A DNA stretch of 15,649 bases, taken from assembly GCA_963737655.1 (NCBI GenBank), contig CAVTTN010000003.1, positions 1-15,649 of the forward strand. Reading direction: 5' to 3'. Made by a program: the position numbers and the translations under genes. Below are positions 1-7,764 of this stretch, piece after piece. Source of the stretch: an uncultured Planctomycetota bacterium (lineage in GTDB: Bacteria > Planctomycetota > Planctomycetia > Isosphaerales > Isosphaeraceae). The notes under the pieces were generated by a model. It was not told the origin of the DNA and did not search any database. It saw only the letters and a list, made by a program, of their open reading frames with translations. The first letter of the stretch is position 1; every line of letters starts with the position of its first letter.

Positions 1-308
1 GAGCCTCGATCCGATCGAGCCTCCAGGGTGTCCGACCGGGTTGCCGGAGTCAGGGACCCGTTGCCGACCCTCGGGAACGATGGGGCGACTCGCCGATGTC
101 TCATTTCTTTCGATTTTCCCCGAATTTCGCACGGATGTCGCGCGAGACCTCGGTTCCCGTCCTAGGGTCCTCAGAGATGATCCGCAGGTCAGCCGCCCGG
201 AACGGCGACGCTCAGGCAGGCCGATCCATGCTCCGCGGGGTCGAAGCGGCCCCTCGATTCCCGACGGTGGGAAGCCCGTTCCAGATTCAATCACGGAGAT
301 GATGTTTC

Positions 309-979
309 ATGTTGCTATTCCATCGGGATCGCCGTCGGGCAACGGCGGCCGTCGGCGATTCGTGGCGGTCGTCGAGAGGGTCGAGGATCGGAAGTTGCTG
401 ACCGGGTCCGGGGCGTCGATCGTCCTGAGCGGGACGACGCTCGAGGTCTTCGGGACCAACCTGGGGGACACCGGCTCGGTCGGCCTGACCAACGGTTCGG
501 TCGAGGTCCGGCTCTCGAACTCGACGGGCAACGATGACGTGTTCTTCCCCGCCTCGCAGGTGGGCCTGATCGAGTACTTCGGCGGCGGCGGCAAGAACAC
601 GTTCAGCAACAACACGTCGCTGACGAGCTACCTCTTCGGCGGTTCGGGCGATAATGTCCTGACCGGCGGTTCGGGCACCGACTATCTGATCGCGAGCGGT
701 GGCGGGACGAACGTTCTGAATGCCGGCTCGGGTAACGAGGTCCTCGAGACGTTCGGCACCGGCAATACCACCCTGAACGGTGGGAGCGGGTCGGACACGA
801 TGATCACCTTCGCCGGGACCAACCACGTCGTCGGTGGGACGGGGTCGAGCTTTATCGTGGCGCTGGGGGGCCAGAACACGATCGACGGCGGGCCCGGCAC
901 CGCGTACGTCTACAGCTTCTCGAGCACCGACGTGATCCACCCCACCCAGGGGACGACCGTCATCCACATCGGTTATTGA
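309..979 (+). CDS. Small secreted Gly-rich RTX/hemolysin-type Ca-binding repeat protein with planctomycete export motif (copy 1; frameshift near 335-350)
   Basis: GGxGxD/N-type repeats (GGSGDNVL, GGSGTDYL, AGSGNEVL, GGSGSDTM) and an ERVEDRKLLT motif. Start placed at ATG 309 (MLLFHRDRR) by homology with copy 2; both copies have GGAG 10 nt upstream. The body is in the 41..979 frame. Confidence 0.8.
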
Positions 980-1017
980 CGGACCGACGGGAGGCCGATC
1001 GGCGGGCGATCTCGGCC

Positions 1018-2113
1018 TCACGAGGCGAGGCGTTCCACCCCTGGCCGGATCTTCCGGCGATTGCGTCGATGGACGGCCGCGACGCCGATCAATCCGAGGG
1101 TCGAGGTGCCCAGCAGGATCAGGCTCGAGGGCTCGGGCACCGCGAGCGTCGTGAAGACTCCGGAGGACCCCGCCGAGCCCGAGCCATTCACGAACCCTCC
1201 CAGGCCTCCGTTCATGTTGACCGTGGCAAAGTTAGACAAGCTCGACGAGTATTCGACCAGGATCGCCCCACCTCCGCCACCACCGGAGGAGCTGGAGCGC
1301 CATGAGAGCTGACGATCCCCTGGGCCCCGATGCCCCCATGAACGTCGAGCGTCCCTGACAACCCCACGATCGGGGCGTGGATGAAGATCCCACCACCGCT
1401 CCCGCCTCCCCCGCTCGGCGCGTCTCCTCCAAAGGCGGTGATCATGCCGCTGATCGTGAGGCTCTGGGAGGCGCCGAGTTCAATGGCCCCGCCTCCGCCT
1501 CCGCCCATGCCACTCCCGACGATTCCACCGGCACTGCCGCCCTGAAGGATAGTCCCCAGGTTGGCCAGGGCGTTTCCCCCCGCCCCGCCCGGGACGGGCG
1601 TCGAAGAGTTGGGATTCAAGCCAACAGCGCCCGTGCCGCCGCTGCCACCGAAACCCCCGCCACCCGCGCCGAATACCCGGAGCCCGTGGCGCCGAGCTGC
1701 CCGTAGGAAATCCCGTTCTGACCCACCCCCGTATTGCTGGCCCCGGCTCCCGCGTTGGTTCCCAGGGCCGAGAAGTTGATCGTCCCGGAGATCAACTCGG
1801 TCGTTCTCGAGAGCAGGGCGACCGGAGCCCCTCCCGTCGACATCAGCGTGGCGCCGCTGGCGATCGAGACCGAGTCGAAGTCGAAGACCGCGATCCCGTT
1901 GAAGACGACCCCGTTGTACGTGTTGCCACCGGCCAGCAAGGTCGGATTGGGGCCGATCGAATTGACGGTAAAGGGAATGGGCCCGCTGAGCGAGAGGCTC
2001 CCCAGCGACTGGAATTGCATCGGGTCGAGCGGCCCGGCGAAGCTCGGGCTCGCGATCGAGAAGACGCCGAGGAGCAGACTCACAATCCTTGCCCAGCGAG
2101 GTCCGTTAGCCAT
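1018..2113 (-). CDS. Gly-rich PEP-CTERM surface protein (copy 1; frameshifts near ~1675 and ~1300-1330)
   Basis: Signal peptide MANGPRWARIVSLLLGVFSIASPSFA, poly-Gly segments, and C-terminal VPEPSSLILLGTSTLGLIGVAAVHRRNRRK (PEP motif, TM helix, basic tail). Joined from ORFs 1616..2155, 1212..1619 and 1018..1239. Confidence 0.88.
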
Positions 2114-2184
2114 TATCCCATCCCTCTCCGGAGAACGCTTCATGCAACTCATCACGCAATAACAGTTGCCGCGAGGAAGGCATC

Positions 2185-2214
2185 ATGTTAGCCCCTCGCC
2201 CCGTCCTCATTCAA
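2185..2214 (-). promoter_or_regulatory. Putative sigma70 promoter for PEP-CTERM gene copy 1
   Basis: TTGAAT-N18-TAACAT on the minus strand. The paralogous site is TTGAAT-N17-TAAGAT (12998-13026), with hexamers conserved and spacer diverged. Confidence 0.6.
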
Positions 2215-2398
2215 TGTGAAAAGGGGTGCGAATGTTTAGGCGTCAGTCCGAAGTTGCGTAATGGCAACATGAACGAGAAAGATTAAGCGTCATGATCTGA
2301 TGGTCGGTCAAATCGGGTTTGGACCTCTGCCGTGGAACCGGCCGATCGAGCCGCGACGCCCTCGCGAAAAAAGACGGGATCGGTTCGAGGCTTTTTTC

Positions 2399-2427
2399 TT
2401 GACTTCGACGGTCGCCGGGAGAACGAT
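2399..2427 (+). promoter_or_regulatory. Putative sigma70-like promoter for leader/orfA-orfB copy 1
   Basis: TTGACT-N17-AACGAT; the paralog is TTGACT-N17-AAGGAT. The -10 is non-canonical at its first base in both copies. Confidence 0.5.
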
Positions 2428-2432
2428 AGGGA

Positions 2433-2599
2433 CTGACTGGACGAGCCTCCCAAGATTGGGTCGGCGCGTCGGCTCGGGGCTCCTCGGCGGCGATTCGCGG
2501 ACGGAGCCGGGATGACGATCGAGGGGCCGCTCGCGAGGGGCGGCCTGGGTGGGTCTTGCTGGCCCCACGGCGCACTCGCGGTGCGTAGTGGGGTTTTTT
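2433..2599 (+). ncRNA. Candidate structured leader RNA or sRNA (copy 1)
   Basis: Lies between the putative promoter and an intrinsic terminator. Stem GGCCGC..GCGGCC (2525-2545) is kept in both copies with different loops. 2539-2603 differs from 12520-12585 by only 3 substitutions and 1 loop indel. Confidence 0.45.
2563..2599 (+). terminator. Intrinsic terminator upstream of orfA (copy 1)
   Basis: CCCCAC-GG-CGCAC-tcgcg-GTGCG-TA-GTGGGG followed by TTTTTT. Confidence 0.75.
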
Positions 2600-2719
2600 C
2601 ATCATTCGCTTCGACCAAGCATCTCCAACTCTCTTCAAAGCGCGGACGGATTCGTCTCCCCCCGAGACAAAGCGCGATCGCTCCGAGGAAGGCTCCTCCG
2701 GAAAAAAGGGGTGGGTAGC

Positions 2720-2917
2720 ATGCAGCTCCGAATCGATCCCGAAGTCGCTCGCGAGCCCCGCGGACTCCGCGAGTTGATCCCCGTTTACCTTCGGGCCGGG
2801 ATTCTCCGACGCGTCGAGGACTTCGGCGGGGGCATCCTGTTCATCGAGGTCCGGACCGACCAGATCTTCGCCCGGATCGACCCCTGGGGACGGCTGGCCG
2901 CCGGGGAGCAGTCCTGA
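2720..2917 (+). CDS. Small hypothetical protein orfA (65 aa, copy 1)
   Basis: MQLRIDPEVAREPRGLRELIPVYLRAG..., with AGGGGTGG upstream. 57/60 aa identical to copy 2 over the first 60 codons, with about 12 synonymous codon differences. Confidence 0.85.
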   Translation: MQLRIDPEVAREPRGLRELIPVYLRAGILRRVEDFGGGILFIEVRTDQIFARIDPWGRLAAGEQS

Positions 2918-3007
2918 AATCCTCCGGACCTGGGCCGAGCCGGCTCCGGCCGTGAGTCCTGGCGGACCGGACCCATTCCTGGCCAGGGCGGGTTGGGAGG
3001 CGCGGCG

Positions 3008-3286
3008 ATGAATCGCGGGACTCTCAGGAGCGTCGAGGGGGGAACTCCCGAGGATCTGCTCCAGGCGGCGGAGCTGGGGGCCCGACTGGAATGTCGTCGG
3101 CGTCGGTTCAAGGGCCAGGACGACACGTCGATCCGCGCGACCATCCTTGACCGGCTCCGCCGGGAACTGGCCGCCGGGAGCTTCGGGGCTTACGCCGACG
3201 AGTCGCTGGTCGCCACGGTCCAGAGGGCCATCGAGTCCGTGCTCGGCGAGCCCAGGAGGCCCCGGAGCAAACCCGCCGCGGGCTGA
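3008..3286 (+). CDS. Small hypothetical protein orfB (92 aa, copy 1)
   Basis: GGAGG RBS at 2996-3000; MNRGTLRSVEGGTPEDLL...; 83/92 aa identical to copy 2, same length. Confidence 0.85.
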   Translation: MNRGTLRSVEGGTPEDLLQAAELGARLECRRRRFKGQDDTSIRATILDRLRRELAAGSFGAYADESLVATVQRAIESVLGEPRRPRSKPAAG

Positions 3287-3560
3287 GCCGTCGGAAGCCC
3301 GGATCAGACGCGGCCCGGAAACCGCTCGCTGGATGCGCGATGGCTCATGGCCAATGGTTGATGGTGGATCGATCAGGGAGTCACGAGCCGGTCCCTCGAA
3401 TCGTCCGACAACATCGAGACCGACCTGGTCTCTTTGGTGTAGACGCGGGCATGTCTGATCGGATTTAATGCTTTGACGCTCTCGATGAGAGGGGACAAGG
3501 CCGATCCGTGAAGGCCTCGTGGCCGTATCCGGATCGGGCCCAGGACCCGAGATCCCACCG

Positions 3561-4169
3561 ATGACCCGTCCCGACGCGGGCCCGACCGATTCGACGCTCC
3601 CGGACCGCCTGGGCGACCGGGGCGATCCGCGGTCGTGGTTTCGAATTCGTCGCGCGTTATGATCCGATGATCCGATCGTGTTGCCGTCGATTCCGGCTCG
3701 ACCCCGAGACGACCGACGAGATTCGCCAGCGGGTCTGGATCGACCTGGCGCGGCGGATGCGGACCTATCGCTTCGACCCGGGGGAGGCGTTCCGCGGCTG
3801 GCTCGGGCGGCTCTGTGAGTCGCGGGCGCTCGAACTGCTCCGGGAGCGGAAGGTCGAGGCATCGCGGTCGGTGGAGGATGCCCAGCCGTGACGACCTGGG
3901 ACGAAGAGGCCGAGCGACGCCCCCGGTTGCTCGACCGGGCCGAGGAGGTCCAGAGGGCCGTTCGCCGGCGGGTTAACGCTCGGGCCTGGCGTGTCTTCTG
4001 GGATGTCGCCGTCGAGGATCGGTCGGTCCGCGAGGCCTCGGAGGCCGCCGGGATCAGCTATGCCGCCGCGTTCGCCGACCAGAAGCGGGTGGGGCGGATG
4101 CTCCGCGAGGAGGGTCGGCGGTGGCTGTCAACCCTTTCGGCGGATGAGGTCGAAGTCGAATCGGCCTGA
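3561..4169 (+). CDS. ECF-type RNA polymerase sigma factor (frameshifts near 3640 and 3890)
   Basis: Region 2-like W-x-EFVARYDPMIRSCCRRF...DEIRQRVWIDLARRMRTYRFDPGEAFRGWL and region 4 HTH-like WRVFWDVAVEDRSVREASEAAGISYAAAF. Sits directly upstream of a kinase. Confidence 0.8.
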
Positions 4170-4208
4170 GGCGGGATTGGACCATCCATCGACGACCGAG
4201 ATCCCCTC

Positions 4209-6650
4209 ATGTCCTCGTGCCCCCCGTTCGCGTCGCTCCTCCGCCTGGGTAATGATTCGCTGGGCGGCTCGCGCCTCGGGGCAATCGACGCCCACGTCCA
4301 GTCGTGCCCGGCCTGTCAGGGTATCCTGGAGCGGCTGGCCGCCGACCCGACCACTGCGCACGGGGACGTCCCCGAGTGGCTGGCGGGCTCGGGGCCGTCG
4401 CCGGCGATCCCCGGCTTCGTGATCGGCGCGAGCTGGGGCGGGGCGGGATGGGGGTGGTCTACCAGGCCTGGGAGCCGCAACTGGCCCGTCGGGTGGCGAT
4501 CAAGGTCGTGAGCGGGGACCTCGGCGCCGAGACCGAGGACCGCAAACGCTGGCTCCGCGAGGCCCAGGCCGTGGTCCGGGTCCGCCATCCCAACGTCGTC
4601 TCGCTCCACCAGGCGGGCGAGCAGGATGGGTGCCTCTACCTGGTCCTCGACCTGATCTCCGGGGGCAGCCTCTCCCGGCGGGCCACCGACCCGTTGCCCC
4701 CGAGGGTCGCGGCCGGTCTCCTGGAGACGGTGGCCGAGGCGGTCGAGCAGATCCACCGGGCCGGGATCTTGCACCTCGACCTCAAGCCCTCGAACATCCT
4801 CCTCGACGGCCCGCCCGACGACCCCTGGGATCAGATCGACCGATGGTCACCGACTTCGGGATCGCCCAGGCCGGCGACGACCCGGGCGCGACCGCCAGCG
4901 GCTCGATCGGGGTCCGCGGGACCCCATCGTACATGTCTCCGGAGCAGATCGCCGGAGATCGCGCCGGGGTCGGGCCGCCCTCCGACGTCTACGCGCTGGG
5001 GGCCACGCTGTACTGCCTCCTGACGGGCCGACCGCCGTTCCAGGCGGCCTCGGCGATCGAGACCTTCGACCTGGCGAGGACCAGCGAGCCCGCCCCGCCG
5101 AGGGCCCTGATCCCCGGCCTGCCGCGCGACCTCGAGACGATCGCCCTGACCTGCCTCCGGAAGGACCCCCGGCGGCGGTACGCCTCGGCGGGGGCGCTCG
5201 CGGACGATCTCCGGCGCTGGCTGGACGGGTTCCCGATCCGGGCCCGGCCGGCCTCCGGTTCGAGCATGCCGGCCGATGGTGCCGTCGACGGCCGGCGTTC
5301 GCGGTGCTGCTGGCCCTCCTCGCCCTGACCGTGGCCTCGAGCCTGGTGGGCCTGCTCGCGCTCTCGCGGAGCGCCGAGGCCCATCGCCTCCTCGCCGAGG
5401 CGTCGCTGGCCCGCGCCGTCGAGCATGAAGAGGCGGCGTCCCGGAGGGTCCGCCGCCTCGTCGGGCGCTGGCGATGACCGATGACGCGGCTGCCGATGGC
5501 CGCGGACGATCGCCTGGAATTCTCGGCCCGCGTGATGAGCGAGCTGATGGCGAAGATGCGCCAGGAGCGAGGCCGGACGAAACGAGCCTCTCGGTGATTC
5601 GCGGCCGGGTCCGCCAGACCTCGATGGCCTGCTTCCGACGGGCAAGTTCCACGAATCTCGCCGGCTGCTCGACGAATTCATGGCCCTGCTCGAGGGGTGG
5701 AGGGACGGTCGCCGACCGCCGTCGGGTCGAGCTCGAGTCCGCCCTGACACTCCTGGATAAGGCGTTCCTCTCCGGCATGGAAGGGCGGCCCGACGCGGCG
5801 TTGGCCGAGTACGAGCGGGCCGAGGAGATCCTCGAGGGGGTCACCCCCTCGGACCTCGGGGTCATCATGCTTCTCGACTCCGCCCAGGGACGATCGCGAT
5901 GTCGCTGGAAGAATGCGGCCGGGACGAGGCGTGGCGGAGGGTCCTGGAGGCGAACATCCGCATGTTCGACCGGCTGGGCGACGCCGGGGGGGCCGACCCC
6001 TGGATCGGGGCCCTGGGGGCCCTGGCCCGCGCGGAGCCCGCGGCCGACTTCGAGGCGACCGAGGCGATCCTCCGCCCCGCGATCGGGAGGCTCCCGGCCG
6101 GCCGACGCCTTCCCTGGCACCTCGAGGAACGGCTGGCGGTCCAGGTCCTCAAGGGCGTCGACCCCTGCCCGCCTCGCGCGGCCGAGCCGGGGGGCGACCC
6201 GATCGCCCACGCCCGCGATCGTCGGGGTCCTCCGCTGAGGCTCGGGTCGCTCGGCGTCGGGCCAGTCCTCCTCGCCGCCGTGTCCCGGAGGCTGACCGAC
6301 GTCGCGGCCGGCCAGGGCGCCGGCTGAGGGCGGCGAGACGCCTGGACGACGCCCGCCGGACGGCCGCATGCCTGGCCGCCGTCGCGAGGGAGCTGGTGAG
6401 CCGGTCCCGGACGAAGCCGAGCATCACCTCCTGCTGAGCACGGCCTTCGAACAGCAGGCGAAGAACGCCTGGAAGGCCGAGGACTTTCCCGTGATCGAGG
6501 AGCCGCTGCGGAAGGCCCTGCGCGAGGCCCACGCCGGCATGAAGCTCGACCCCCGCCACGTGACGGCCCGGGTCAAGGTCGCCGGGCTCCAGGAGAAGCT
6601 GGTCGGCCTGGTCGTCGGCCGAGGCGTCCCGTCGAGCCCCGACCGGGCCA
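4209..6650 (+). CDS. Ser/Thr protein kinase with N-terminal HxxxCxxC motif, TM segment and helical C-terminal region (many frameshifts; 3' end approximate)
   Basis: Hanks motifs ELGRGGMGVVY, VAIKV, HLDLKPSNILL, TDFGIA, GTPSYMSPEQ and SDVYALG spread over ORFs 4304..5023 and 4630..5328. HVQSCPAC at the N-terminus. Confidence 0.85.
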
Positions 6651-6770
6651 CGAGGCGGCGGCGGGCCTCCGGGCCGGGCCGGGCAACGCCACCCCCTGGG
6701 CCGTCGCCGGCCGGGCGGCTACAATGGCGGTGCGTCGGCGGGTTCGGCCGAGGGGGCATGGGGTCCGGCG

Positions 6771-7764
6771 GTGGATCGACTGAGCGTCCTCTGTTTCGGC
6801 GGGACTTACGGGCTGGCCCTGGCCTGCGACCTGGCCCGGTTCGTCGTCCGGGGTCCGGCCCGATGGTACGCGACGCTCGGCCTTGACCACCCTGGCCTGG
6901 GTCGTGCAGACGGCGTACCTGGGCAACCTCGCCGATCCGGACGCATCAGCTCCCGGTCTCGACGGTCTTCGAGTCGCTGCTGGTCCTGTCGTGGGTCCTG
7001 GCGGCGGTCGGGCTTTATCTGATCGTCCGGTCGCCGAAGCCGGTGGCGGTGGGGGTGTTCGTCCTGCCGGTGGTCCTGGCCCTGGTGGTGGTGGCGGGCG
7101 TCTGGGCCCCGAGCGAGGACTGGGCTGGGTCGGGCTGGGGCGGGGCGAGCCGGTTCTGGGGCTCGGCCCACGGGCTGCTCTATCTGGTCGGCGCGGTGGC
7201 CTCGTGCGTGGCGTTCGCCGCCGGGCTGATGTACCTGGCCCAGTCGCACCGGCTCAAGCACAAGCGGCCCCCTCGGTTCGGGTTCAAGCTGCCGAGCCTG
7301 GAGGAGTCCGAGCGGCTGAACCGGGGGGCGATCACGGTGGCGTTCCCGTTCCTGACGGCCGGGCCTGCTGGTCGGCGTGGTGATGGAGGTGGCCTTGCGG
7401 AAGGCCGGGCATTCGCGGCTGGGCTGGACCGACCCCAAGGTGGTCAGCGGCGTGCTGGTCTGGCTGGTCTTCGCCGGCCTGCTCCACGCCCGGTTCCGGC
7501 CCGAGATGCGGGGGCGGCGGGTGATGCTGTTCACCGTCGTCGCCTTCCTCTGCCTGGCCTTCGCCACCGTCGGCGTCGACCTGCTGCACATCACCTCGCA
7601 CGGCGTCCCCGGATCAGAGGACTCAGGACTGGGACTCAGGACTCGGGTCTCGCATTCGGCAGGGCTGCCTGCCGACCGGCCAGGGCCTGCCCTGCGGGGC
7701 GTCGCGGGTCGAGTCCTCAGTCCTCCCGAGTCCTCGGTCCCTCCGAAGGGGGGGGGCGTCGTGA
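6771..7764 (+). CDS. ccsA: Cytochrome c biogenesis CcsA/HemX-family membrane protein (frameshifted)
   Basis: Multiple hydrophobic helices, FWGSAHG, MYLAQSHRLKHK, LPSLEESERLN and WTDPKVV motifs, directly upstream of hemA. End inferred at the TGA overlapping the hemA GTG. Confidence 0.8.
7618..7741. repeat. Inverted arrays of AGGACTC-type heptamers around a degenerate REP-like core
   Basis: AGGACTC/AGGACTG/GGACTC/AGGACTC (7618-7644) mirrored by GAGTCCT/CAGTCCT/GAGTCCT/CGGTCCC (7711-7741). Inner hairpin CGGCAGG-gctg-CCTGCCG at 7657-7674. Confidence 0.75.

Larger units (their letters stand above)
1..3300 (+). repeat. Left arm of a large diverged inverted duplication (may extend beyond the left window edge)
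   Basis: Position 1 GAGCCTCGATCCGATCG is the reverse complement of the sequence ending at 15634. Four genes plus intergenic blocks recur in mirror order at ~11780-15634. Similarity fades just after the orfB stop at 3286. Confidence 0.95.

Noticed and set aside
17..50. Resemblance of AGCCTCC...GGGTTGCC to the 3' half of a c-di-GMP-I riboswitch
   Set aside because: The paralog reads GGGTTTCC and lacks the upstream GGCAAA/GCAAAGC elements.
41..308. N-terminal extension of ORF 41..979
   Set aside because: The paralog and RBS spacing point to ATG 309; the upstream region aligns as non-coding DNA with indels.
2547..2560. T-box riboswitch (GGGTGG just before a terminator)
   Set aside because: Lacks the UGGNACC bulge consensus and a recognisable stem I, and the downstream genes are not evidently amino-acid related.
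2243..3862. 539-aa minus-strand ORF and similar long Arg/Pro/Gly-rich ORFs (e.g. 4831..6369, 7043..8857 beyond ~7360, 7623..8738, 10441..11580)
   Set aside because: Shadow ORFs of high-GC DNA overlapping better-supported genes, with no motifs.
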